Origin: Clostridiales bacterium
GTDB lineage: Bacteria; Bacillota; Clostridia; Lachnospirales; Lachnospiraceae
Reading direction: 5' to 3'
NCBI GenBank assembly: GCA_029267975.1
Contig: JAJUHH010000001.1
Location: 1-43,315, forward strand
DNA length: 43,315 nucleotides
Under the pieces are notes generated by a model. It ran no database searches and had not been told where the DNA came from. It was given only the letters and a program-made list of their open reading frames with translations. A program made the position numbers and the translations under genes. Below, piece by piece: positions 1 through 11,901 of this stretch (position 1 is its first letter; each line of letters begins with the position of its first letter).

Positions 1-31
1 CAGAAAGTTAATCAAAACAAATATAATCATT

Positions 32-382
32 ATGCTAATCGGTATCATATATCTTGTATGGTACCGATTAACACATATGGGTATTCCATGCCTCTTTCGA
101 CTTGTTACCGGCTTGCTTTGCCCTGGGTGCGGCATAACAAGAATGTTCTTAGCCATCAGCCGCCTGGACCTTCCTGCAGCAATTCAAAGCAACGGACTTG
201 CATTCCTTCTTCTTCCCTATGGAATATTTGCTTATGTCAGGCATTATGAGTACCTCCTAAGGAAGGGTGAACCTTATCCCTATAAATCCTATCATAAATA
301 TCTGTTAGGCATGATTTTAGGGCTGACTTTTCTATTCGGCCTGATCAGGAATATTCCTTACTTTACTTTTTTAAGACCTTAG
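32..382 (+). CDS. DUF2752 family membrane protein (start may lie further upstream)
   Basis: IPCLFRLVTGLLCPGCGITR motif and C-terminal 'GLIRNI' typical of DUF2752; hydrophobic helices. Confidence 0.8.
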   Translation: MLIGIIYLVWYRLTHMGIPCLFRLVTGLLCPGCGITRMFLAISRLDLPAAIQSNGLAFLLLPYGIFAYVRHYEYLLRKGEPYPYKSYHKYLLGMILGLTFLFGLIRNIPYFTFLRP

Positions 383-395
383 AAAGGCCAGCATC

Positions 396-1043
396 TCAGT
401 TTCCAATGTTTCCGATCTGAAATACGACTACAACACTCGCATCTATCTGAATATTACTTGCTTCGATCGGGGTGGAGAGTCCTTCCCGATAGCTTATGGC
501 ACGAAAAGGGATAGGCCCCTGGCTGTTTTCTGTAATACTGACAGGAAGGGGATTAAAACCGACTCCGATCCCTTCAGTAACCGATCTAGCCTTCTCATAG
601 GCATCTGCCACAGCCTGGTTGAGAGCCAGCAGGTAATAGCCGCTTCGATCAGACACTTCAAAGTTAATAAAATCTACTACATTGGCACCGTTACTTACGG
701 CGGTATCGATAATCGTACCAACCTTTGCAATGTCACCTGTTCTTATCTCAAAAATATTACGCACTGCGTAACCTGCATCAATCTGCTTCCCATCCTGATA
801 ATCAAATAACCGATTAATCATATATTGAAAGGTGGTGATATCGGTCACTCCCAGTTGCTTTATTGCCTGAAGAACAGCAGTACTGCGATATGCATTCTCT
901 GCCTGAATTTCTTCCAGTTGAAGGCCGTTGGTCTGAACGCCAAGACGAAGGACCGCAGTATCTGGTACAACATTAACCTGACCGCTTCCGTTAACAGTAA
1001 TGATATTTTTTCCTGGGGAATATATTGGAGAAGTATTATTCAT
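396..1043 (-). CDS. SIMPL (DUF541) domain protein, no obvious signal peptide
   Basis: ITVNGSGQVNVVPDTAVLRLGVQT start, 'IIDTAVSNGAN' and 'ALNQAVADAYEKA' motifs; GGAG RBS. Confidence 0.85.
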   Translation of the reverse strand: MNNTSPIYSPGKNIITVNGSGQVNVVPDTAVLRLGVQTNGLQLEEIQAENAYRSTAVLQAIKQLGVTDITTFQYMINRLFDYQDGKQIDAGYAVRNIFEIRTGDIAKVGTIIDTAVSNGANVVDFINFEVSDRSGYYLLALNQAVADAYEKARSVTEGIGVGFNPLPVSITENSQGPIPFRAISYREGLSTPIEASNIQIDASVVVVFQIGNIGN

Positions 1044-1123
1044 GAGAAAGGAGCTCCCTGTAATTATTCTAATTTAATATATGTTACAGGTAAAATAATT
1101 TACCAAATAATAGGATTTTCTAC

Positions 1124-1166
1124 TTGAAATAATTGGATATAGCTACTATACTAGTAATAGTTACTA
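1124..1166 (+). promoter_or_regulatory. sigmaA promoter with overlapping Fur/PerR-type inverted repeat
   Basis: TTGAAA(1124)-17bp-TATACT(1147); palindrome TAGTAA-tag-TTACTA at 1152-1166 over the expected start site. Confidence 0.65.
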
Positions 1167-1195
1167 TTATTGTAAGAAGGCAAGGAGGGAATACT

Positions 1196-2890
1196 ATGTA
1201 TAATCTTTTAATTGGAGGGGCAGCCGGTCAGGGAATTGAAACTACCGCCGCCATCCTTCAGAAAATCTTTAAAAACCGGGGATACTATGTATTTTCCACA
1301 AGGGATTTCATGTCCCGGGTGAGAGGTGGTCATAATTTTGCACTGCTTCGTATTAGTACGGAACCGATAACCTCCCACAGCTATGAGCTGGATGGTTTGA
1401 TTGCCTTTAATGAAGAGTCCATCCGCTTACACAAGGGTGAGCTGAAAAAGGATGGATTTATCCTGTGTGACAGCGGATGGAGATCGGAGGATCCCAGAAC
1501 GATCGCCATTCCTATGACAGCCATCGCAAAGGAGCTTGGGAATCCCAGAGCGGTAGGAAGTGTGGCAATCGGAACGATTCTGAAGCTATTCGGGGGAGTT
1601 CCCGAAGATGCTGATAGCGTATTGAAGGACTACATAAAGGAACAGTATCTTGAAGTAAACCAAAAAGCAGTGTTGCGGGGCTATGAGCTGACCCAGACCC
1701 GTTTCCCGGCCATCCCTCCTTTCAATAAGGATATGCTGCTTCTGTCCGGTACCCAGGCTCTATGTTTGGGCGCAATCGCAGCAGGGCTTAAATTCTATAG
1801 TGCCTATCCTATGTCACCCTCAACGACCATCATGGAGTTTCTTGCTTTAAGGAGCAGGGAGGCTGGGATTGTAGTGGAGCAGGCTGAAGATGAGATTGCG
1901 GCAATTAATATGGCCATTGGAGCTTCCTTTGCAGGAGTACCCGCCATGACAGGAACCTCCGGAGGGGGATTTTCACTGAAGGTAGAGGCGCTGGGCTTAT
2001 CCGGAATGGCAGAAATCCCTCTGGTAGTTGTGGATGTCCAACGTCCCGGACCGGTAACCGGATTACCTACAAGAACAGAACAGAGTGACCTTAAATTTGT
2101 CATTTCTGCTTCTCAGGGTGAATTTCCCCGTATGGTAATTGCCTTACGAAACCATACGGATGCATTTTATCAGACGGCACGGGCTTTTCAGCTTGCATAT
2201 AAATACCAAATCCCGGTGATACTTCTTAGTGACCAGTTTCTGGGAGACTCCTATGCTACGGTGGAGCCTTATGATCTATCCGCAGTAACAGAACTGAAAA
2301 CTCCCACGGAGGAAGGGATCGGAGAGGGAGGATATCTGCGTTATCGATATACGGAGGATGGTATATCCCCCCGCCTGGTACCGGGAAAGACCAAGAATTT
2401 TGTGACCTCTGACAGCGATGAACATGATGAGTATGGAAGAATTATTGAAGATTCCGAAACCCGTATCTGCATGATGAACAAGCGCCTGCATAAGTTGGAG
2501 GGTCTTAAAAATGAACTTCTGGAACCGGAGTTTGTCGGTCCCAAGGGAGCCGAAAGCGATGGAGTTGAGGTTCTGCTTGTGGGGTGGGGTTCTATGGATG
2601 GCCCCATCAAGGAGGCAATCCAAATATTAAATGAGCATGGAGTAAAAGATAGACGCTATGGGGCCTTGATCTTCGGAGATATCTATCCCCTTCCTCAAAA
2701 GCAATTATTACGCTATGCTCCCCATGCCAGTGAGATCATCAATATTGAGCAAAATGCCACCGGCCAATTAGCGGATCTTATTCGTGAGCAAACGGGTATC
2801 GTATGCAGCAGAAGCATTTTGAAGTATGATGGAAGACAGATCTCAGCCACTGAGATTGTCTGGCAGATGGGAAAGGGGGAAGCAAGATGA
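1196..2890 (+). CDS. 2-oxoacid:ferredoxin oxidoreductase alpha subunit (gamma-alpha fusion)
   Basis: GGAAGQG, SRVRGGHN, YPMSPS, EDEIAA, TSGGGF, QRPGPVTGLPT motifs; AGGAGG before ATG 1196. Confidence 0.93.
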   Translation: MYNLLIGGAAGQGIETTAAILQKIFKNRGYYVFSTRDFMSRVRGGHNFALLRISTEPITSHSYELDGLIAFNEESIRLHKGELKKDGFILCDSGWRSEDPRTIAIPMTAIAKELGNPRAVGSVAIGTILKLFGGVPEDADSVLKDYIKEQYLEVNQKAVLRGYELTQTRFPAIPPFNKDMLLLSGTQALCLGAIAAGLKFYSAYPMSPSTTIMEFLALRSREAGIVVEQAEDEIAAINMAIGASFAGVPAMTGTSGGGFSLKVEALGLSGMAEIPLVVVDVQRPGPVTGLPTRTEQSDLKFVISASQGEFPRMVIALRNHTDAFYQTARAFQLAYKYQIPVILLSDQFLGDSYATVEPYDLSAVTELKTPTEEGIGEGGYLRYRYTEDGISPRLVPGKTKNFVTSDSDEHDEYGRIIEDSETRICMMNKRLHKLEGLKNELLEPEFVGPKGAESDGVEVLLVGWGSMDGPIKEAIQILNEHGVKDRRYGALIFGDIYPLPQKQLLRYAPHASEIINIEQNATGQLADLIREQTGIVCSRSILKYDGRQISATEIVWQMGKGEAR

Positions 2891-3738
2891 GTGGAAGCAA
2901 ATTCACAACTCATGAGACTGCATGGTGTCCGGGCTGCGGTAACTTTAACATTCTGGATAGTCTAAGAACAGCCCTTGAGGAGCTGGGAAAGGATCCTTAT
3001 GAGGTATTAATGGTGGCTGGAATTGGTCAGGCAGCCAAGCTGCCGCAATATATCAGTGCCAATTACTTCTGCGGCTTGCATGGAAGGGCTCTGCCTGCAG
3101 CAATCGCAGCCAAGATAGCCAATGAAAAGCTTACAGTCATCGTTGACAGCGGTGACGGTGATTCCTACGGAGAAGGCGGCAATCATTTCCTTCATAACCT
3201 GCGGCGTAATGTGAATATCACACACTTTGTCCATGACAACCAGATCTATGGCCTGACCAAGGGGCAGGCATCGCCAACTTCCGGTGAGGGAATGGTGACT
3301 GAGGTCCAGGTAAATGGCAATCAGAATACCCCGCTTAACCCTGTACTGCTTGCAATTGCCGGGGGAGCAGGCTTTGTGGCAAGGGCCTTCAGTGGGCGTA
3401 AGGATCATCTGGTATCCGTCATGAAGCAGGCAATTGAATATGAGGGCTATGCCATCGTTGATATCTTACAGCCCTGTGTCAGCTTTAATAAGATCAATAC
3501 CTTTGCTTACTATAATCAGAGGGTATATGAGCTTGATGACTCCTATGATGTAGGGAATAAAGCAGGGGCATTAATTAAAGCCATGGAGTTTGGTGATCAT
3601 ATTCCCATTGGCGTTTTATATCGGGAGGATAAACCCACCTTCCATCAGAAAAATCCTGTGCTTCAATCCGGAGTTCCTTTAATCGATCAAGAGAGAGAGC
3701 CGGAGTTGATCCATAAATTAATCAAAGAATTTATTTAG
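2887..3738 (+). CDS. 2-oxoacid:ferredoxin oxidoreductase beta subunit (TPP-binding)
   Basis: WCPGCG, LHGRALP, GDGD...N TPP motif, YGLTKGQASPT; ATGA overlap with alpha. Confidence 0.93.
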   Translation: MSGSKFTTHETAWCPGCGNFNILDSLRTALEELGKDPYEVLMVAGIGQAAKLPQYISANYFCGLHGRALPAAIAAKIANEKLTVIVDSGDGDSYGEGGNHFLHNLRRNVNITHFVHDNQIYGLTKGQASPTSGEGMVTEVQVNGNQNTPLNPVLLAIAGGAGFVARAFSGRKDHLVSVMKQAIEYEGYAIVDILQPCVSFNKINTFAYYNQRVYELDDSYDVGNKAGALIKAMEFGDHIPIGVLYREDKPTFHQKNPVLQSGVPLIDQEREPELIHKLIKEFI

Positions 3739-3750
3739 GAGGAATGAACA

Positions 3751-4305
3751 ATGGCAGTAAAAAACCCTATGACATCAGAGTTCTTACATTCCGCATATGG
3801 CGGAGAAAGTATGGCTCATATGAGATATCTCTACTGGGGCAAGATTGCACAGAAGGAGGGCTTCCCTAATATTGCAAAGCTCTTTGAGGCTATCGCTTAT
3901 GCAGAAAGCGTTCACGCCAACAATCATTACCGTGAAATCGGCGGCGACAATGACGATTACACGGTAGCCGCCGGCGCTGTATTTGGCAACGGTAAGACAG
4001 TGGATAATCTTCAGGGCGGAATCAACGGTGAATTACATGAGGTGGAGCAAATGTATCCAGTATATTTAAATGCTGCTAAGTTCCAGGGGGAGACAGGTGC
4101 CCAGAGAAGCTTCCACTATGCTCTTGAGGCTGAGAAGCAGCATGCGGAGCTCTTTGCGCAGGCGAAGGATTTTGCTAAGGATGGCAAGGATATGGAACTG
4201 AAATCTGTTTATATTTGCCCTGTATGCGGTCATACAGTGCTGGATGAGGCCCCCGATCAATGTCCTGTCTGTGGTGCAAAGAAGGAGTTATATAAGAAGT
4301 TCTAA
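3751..4305 (+). CDS. rbr: Rubrerythrin
   Basis: Complete E...ExxH / ExxE...ExxH di-iron ligands plus C-terminal CPVCG...CPVCG rubredoxin domain. Confidence 0.92.
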   Translation: MAVKNPMTSEFLHSAYGGESMAHMRYLYWGKIAQKEGFPNIAKLFEAIAYAESVHANNHYREIGGDNDDYTVAAGAVFGNGKTVDNLQGGINGELHEVEQMYPVYLNAAKFQGETGAQRSFHYALEAEKQHAELFAQAKDFAKDGKDMELKSVYICPVCGHTVLDEAPDQCPVCGAKKELYKKF

Positions 4306-4370
4306 GGCAGATCTCCTGGCATTCGCAGAAGGCTTCTACTGATGCAAATAAAACACAAAAATAATAAATG

Positions 4371-4467
4371 AAAAAGGTTGTCACAGGTTAGCAAATCTCC
4401 TCATTACAGTCAAGACTGAAAAGTTTGACTTTGGGGAGGGGTGCAGCTCTTGTGGCAATCTTTTTTT
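4371..4467 (+). terminator. Unusually long hairpin ending in a T-tract (terminator-like)
   Basis: AAAAAGGTTGTCACAGG...CTTGTGGCAATCTTTTTTT outer arms; inner CTCCTCA/TGGGGAG and AGTCAA/TTGACT; GAAA loop. Confidence 0.7.
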
Positions 4468-4578
4468 CCTATTTCCGGACCCTTGCATGTCCCTGGGTTG
4501 CGTAAAGATTAGCACAATTGATGGCTGAGTAATATACTGGTAATTGAACGTAAATCTATAACCTAAGGGGACTTACAG

Positions 4579-5625
4579 ATGAAGTACTTAAAAATCTTAC
4601 TGCTATGCATTCCGTTTTCTATTGCAGGCTTCTTCTTAAAATGGAATGCATCCATAATGTTCTTTCTGACCTGTGCCTCGATTATACCGCTGGCAGGATA
4701 TCTGGGGGAAGCCACAGAAGTAATTGCAGCCTATTCAGGCCCTAAGCTTGGAGGATTTCTGAACGCAACCTTTGGTAATGCAACAGAACTGATCATAAGC
4801 TTTTTTGCAATCAGGGCAGGGCTGTTCGATGTGGTGAAGGCATCGCTTGCCGGTTCCGTCCTAGGTAATATTCTTCTTGTTCTGGGCTGCAGTATTTTCG
4901 TGGGAGGTCTGAAGCATAAGGAGTTGAAGTATGATGCTCAGCTTGGTACCTTTACAGCAACCATGCTGCTGTTTGCGGTGATTGGCTTAACATTGCCGGC
5001 AGTATTCACCTGGAATACTCCGGAGGAGCTCATTGTCTCGGATTATGAAAGCCTGAGCTGCATCACAAGTATTATTCTGCTTTCGATTTATGTAATCGGT
5101 ATGATCTACTCCTTCCGAACCCAGAAGGACCTCTACGGTGTAGAGCATGCGGAGGATATAGATGCCAAGTGGAGTCTTTCCTTTAGTATTTTTGTCCTGG
5201 CTATCGCTACTGTGCTGATCGCCATAGAATCTGAGCTTTTGGTGGGAAGTATCGAGCCCATGACACAGGCTGCCGGTATCCCTACAATGTTTATCGGTAT
5301 AATTTTGATTCCTGTTGTAGGTAATGCAGCGGAACATACCACTGCCATTCTTATGGCAATGAAGAATAAGCTTGATATCTCCATTGAGATAGCGGTTGGT
5401 TCAAGTCTTCAGATTGCCTTATTTGTTATACCGGTTTCTGTCCTGATCAGTTTGTTCTTTACTCCTATGAGTATCATTTTCAAGCCGGTGGAGCTCTTTC
5501 TGTTTGCTTCCAGTGTATTGATTGCAAATCAGGTGGTTAAGGCAGGCAGATCCAACTGGATGGAGGGGCTGAAGCTAATGACGATTTATGTGATCGCTGC
5601 AATTGGTTTCTTTATTGTAGGCTAG
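4579..5625 (+). CDS. cax: Calcium/proton antiporter (CaCA/CAX family)
   Basis: Alpha repeats GGFLNATFGNATE and VGNAAEH, GSSLQIALF; many TM helices. Confidence 0.92.
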   Translation: MKYLKILLLCIPFSIAGFFLKWNASIMFFLTCASIIPLAGYLGEATEVIAAYSGPKLGGFLNATFGNATELIISFFAIRAGLFDVVKASLAGSVLGNILLVLGCSIFVGGLKHKELKYDAQLGTFTATMLLFAVIGLTLPAVFTWNTPEELIVSDYESLSCITSIILLSIYVIGMIYSFRTQKDLYGVEHAEDIDAKWSLSFSIFVLAIATVLIAIESELLVGSIEPMTQAAGIPTMFIGIILIPVVGNAAEHTTAILMAMKNKLDISIEIAVGSSLQIALFVIPVSVLISLFFTPMSIIFKPVELFLFASSVLIANQVVKAGRSNWMEGLKLMTIYVIAAIGFFIVG

Positions 5626-5690
5626 GAGCACATAATTTAAAGGAAAAATTCATATTCTTTATCAAGCCAGGTATGATATGAGGAGAAGCT

Positions 5691-6227
5691 ATGGACTTCC
5701 AGCAGAGTCAAACCTATCAAAATGTACAGAGAGCATTGGATTATGAATTACGATCTCTTGCTTTATTTCAACTATTTGCTAAATTTGCAGAGCAGGAGGT
5801 TCTGATTGAGATTGAGAATATTTTTCAAACCATTGCAGGAAATAATGGCTTTATAGCTGAGCGCTTGCGCAGAATCATCTTTGGAGAGAATACGCCGACC
5901 CTGGTGAATTTGCAGGAGGCCTTAAGATATGAAGAAGATGCTGACAGAGACATTTACCGCACGTCAGCCCGCATTGCCAATCAGGAAGGCTATCATGATA
6001 TCGCCTCCCTCTTTAACGGAATCGGTAATATTAAGCTGAATCATAGCTCCATGCTGCAGGTTCAGATGATGAATATACAGGATAATCAACAGTTTTGCAA
6101 ACCTAATCCGGCATTATGGGTTTGTATGGGCTGTGGAAATATCTTAAACGGGGAATGTGCTCCGGATATCTGTCCTATTTGTGGCTATCCCCAGGGCTAC
6201 TATCGATTATATAATAGCCAGTGCTAG
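5691..6227 (+). CDS. Rubrerythrin-family protein with degenerate di-iron site
   Basis: Aligns to rubrerythrin end to end; WVCMGCG...CPICGYP rubredoxin domain intact; AGGAG RBS. Confidence 0.85.
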   Translation: MDFQQSQTYQNVQRALDYELRSLALFQLFAKFAEQEVLIEIENIFQTIAGNNGFIAERLRRIIFGENTPTLVNLQEALRYEEDADRDIYRTSARIANQEGYHDIASLFNGIGNIKLNHSSMLQVQMMNIQDNQQFCKPNPALWVCMGCGNILNGECAPDICPICGYPQGYYRLYNSQC

Positions 6228-6267
6228 CTGCCAGGTGTTAATGTTGCTATAAATCAGCCCTGAAGCT

Positions 6268-6321
6268 GAATAAGCTCCTGTTGTGACAGATCCGAGGATC
6301 TGCCACGACAAGAGCTTATTC
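6268..6321. terminator. Long hairpin between convergent genes (probable bidirectional terminator)
   Basis: GAATAAGCTCCTGTTGTGACAGATCC...GGATCTGCCACGACAAGAGCTTATTC. Confidence 0.7.
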
Positions 6322-6376
6322 TTATGTTATTCGCTAACAATAAAATAATAGAACCTTATTTCCTGTGGATGAGGGC

Positions 6377-9469
<3,093 letters not shown>

Positions 9470-9629
9470 CTATGCTTATAAGTGTAGCATAATGGCTTAA
9501 ATATGCTATAATCAATCTTGCTTAAAATATGTACAAAATGATATAATTTATATCGGAGTCATCGGTTAAAGCATTGAAATATATGGAATTTATCTTTTAC
9601 AAAATTGACTTGAAGCAAGGAGGAAGCCT

Positions 9630-10532
9630 GTGATCAATTACTCCGGTTATTATTATGAAACAGACGAGGATTATCCTTATGACAGCGAAGACCTGTTTGT
9701 AAACAGCTGTGGTCATTATAAGCTGATCCACCGGAAGGAAATGCACACCTACAGAGAGGAAGGAAGACGGGACTATCAGCTTCTCTATGTTGCGGGAGGT
9801 ATCGCACATTTTGTGGAAGGCAATACCCATTATGAGCTGGGCGCAGGAGGAATATACATCTATCAGCCCCAGGTTCCCCAGGATTATTACTATCTGCTAC
9901 GGGAGAAACCTGATATCTATTGGGTCCATTTTACCGGCCGCAAGGCAGGGGAGATACTAGCCTCCATGGGGCTGCCACTGGGTCAACCCATACAGCTGAC
10001 CATAAGGGAGGAACTGCCGGAGTTATTTGAGAAGATCATCGTAGAGCTGAGATTAAACCGCTATCGGAATGCAGATATGGCAGAATCCTATCTCAGGCAG
10101 CTTCTGATCACAGCCGCCAGATACCATAATGCAGACAGCGGAGAGAAGCAAGTCTATAATTCCATGTTTGACGAGATCATTAACCGCTTCCATCAGGAAT
10201 ATCAAAATGATATCAGTGTGGCTGCTTATGCTGCGGAATATCACATCAGCAACTCCTGGTTTATCAGGGAATTTAAGAAATACACCGGGTATTCCCCAAA
10301 GCAGTATATAACAAATTTAAGACTCCAGCATGCAAAAGAGTTATTGAATAACAGATATTTGTCTATCAGTGATATAGCAACCCTGGTAGGCTATGAAAAC
10401 CAGCTGTATTTTAGCCGGATCTTTCATAAATATATAGGTATGTCTCCAAGGGAGTATAGGGACAGGGATAAAATAATAAATCAGAAGGGAGATCAGGTGA
10501 TTGAAACCATTTATTGCAATACCAATGGGTGA
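9630..10532 (+). CDS. AraC family transcriptional regulator
   Basis: N-terminal cupin (YWVHF), C-terminal double HTH (FKKYTGYSP...[21 protein letters not shown]); AGGAGG before GTG; divergent from GH2. Confidence 0.92.
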   Translation: MINYSGYYYETDEDYPYDSEDLFVNSCGHYKLIHRKEMHTYREEGRRDYQLLYVAGGIAHFVEGNTHYELGAGGIYIYQPQVPQDYYYLLREKPDIYWVHFTGRKAGEILASMGLPLGQPIQLTIREELPELFEKIIVELRLNRYRNADMAESYLRQLLITAARYHNADSGEKQVYNSMFDEIINRFHQEYQNDISVAAYAAEYHISNSWFIREFKKYTGYSPKQYITNLRLQHAKELLNNRYLSISDIATLVGYENQLYFSRIFHKYIGMSPREYRDRDKIINQKGDQVIETIYCNTNG

Positions 10533-11493
10533 TCCGGCAGGAATCGGCCCGGAAATCCTAGTAAAGGCACTAAGCAAAAATGAGGTTCTTGAAGCAGCCA
10601 ATTGCCTTGTCATTGGTGATAGTAAGATTATTGAGGACGCCATTGCTTTTACCAGGAGTAGTTTAAAGGTTAAGCTTATTCAAACTCCCAAGGAGGGAGA
10701 TTATAGAGAAGGTATCCTTAATCTAATTGACCTTGATAATGTAGATATGCAGGTCTTTCAGATCGGTCAGGTAAGCGGCATGTGCGGAAGGGCGGCTTAT
10801 GAATATATTGCAAAGAGTATTGAGCTTGCAATGAACAAAGAAGTGGCAGCAGTAGCCACCACGCCGATTAATAAGGAATCGCTGAAGGCAGGGAAAGTGG
10901 ACTTTATCGGGCATACAGAGATCTTCGGGGCCCTGACAGGGACCAAGGATCCCCTGACGATGTTTGAAGTCCATGGAATGAGAGTATTCTTTCTGACACG
11001 GCATGTATCCCTTCGCAGAGCCTGCGAGCTGGTAACCAAGGAAAGGATTAAGGATTATGTAAAGCGCTGCAAGGAGGTTCTTATAAAGCTGGGCGTCACA
11101 GAAGGAACCATGGCGATTGCAGGCTTAAATCCTCATAGCGGAGAACATGGTCTCTTTGGGGATGAAGAGGTAAATCATGTAACCCCTGCTGTGGAGGAGC
11201 TGCAGGCAGAGGGCTATGATGTTGTCGGTCCTATAGGAGCAGACTCTGTATTTCATCTGGCACTTCAGGGGCGCTATAACAGCGTATTATCCCTGTATCA
11301 TGATCAGGGACATATTGCTACCAAGACCCTGGACTTTGAACGGACCATTGCAATCACCGGAGGAATGCCCATTCTCAGGACCTCTGTAGATCACGGAACC
11401 GCCATGGACATCGCAGGAAAAGGGATCGCAAGTGAAATAAGCATGGTGGAGGCAATCCTGCTGGGAGCAAAATACTCCATGAACTTTATGTAA
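10501..11493 (+). CDS. pdxA: PdxA family dehydrogenase (PdxA2 / D-threonate-4-phosphate dehydrogenase-like)
   Basis: [39 protein letters not shown] motifs. Confidence 0.9.
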   Translation: MKPFIAIPMGDPAGIGPEILVKALSKNEVLEAANCLVIGDSKIIEDAIAFTRSSLKVKLIQTPKEGDYREGILNLIDLDNVDMQVFQIGQVSGMCGRAAYEYIAKSIELAMNKEVAAVATTPINKESLKAGKVDFIGHTEIFGALTGTKDPLTMFEVHGMRVFFLTRHVSLRRACELVTKERIKDYVKRCKEVLIKLGVTEGTMAIAGLNPHSGEHGLFGDEEVNHVTPAVEELQAEGYDVVGPIGADSVFHLALQGRYNSVLSLYHDQGHIATKTLDFERTIAITGGMPILRTSVDHGTAMDIAGKGIASEISMVEAILLGAKYSMNFM

Positions 11494-11688
11494 TAAGAAA
11501 GGGTGTGTACTCTTTCGGAAAAGCTTTATCGAATAATATTAAGATATTATGTATTTATAGAAATAAAGTATAATAAGGGAAGCATGTAATTGATAAAAGA
11601 AAACATTATCAGAGAATAGTGAAATATAGGTGTTTCAAAGAGTATAGAATAAGAAAAATCAGATGCTATTGCACCACATAAGTGAATC

Positions 11689-11860
11689 AGGAAGGGAAGG
11701 ATAACATGCATCCCATCATGCACTGTTTGCCGAACAGATTATCGATTTTGCTATACCAGAAGCAAACAATTGTTTTATAATTATTTGATTAATGGCATTC
11801 AGAATCAATAAGATGTCCGGCAATCTGTGTGTGAGGGATGCGTGTTATCCTTCCCTTCCT
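11689..11860. repeat. ~170-nt imperfect inverted repeat (rod-like hairpin)
   Basis: AGGAAGGGAAGGATAACATGCATCCC pairs with GGGATGCGTGTTATCCTTCCCTTCCT; pairing continues inward to a short AT loop. Confidence 0.85.
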
Positions 11861-11901
11861 TCATAACCTATATCTGCAACAACCCCTGATCGGTTTCGTA
11901 G

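Noticed and set aside
4371-4578. yybP-ykoY or other metal riboswitch before cax
   Set aside because: Conserved motif elements not recognisable; the hairpin fits termination of the upstream operon
11669-11879. Rod hairpin as 6S RNA or SRP RNA
   Set aside because: No large central bubble and no SRP domain IV motif seen; a covariance-model search is needed to exclude them formally
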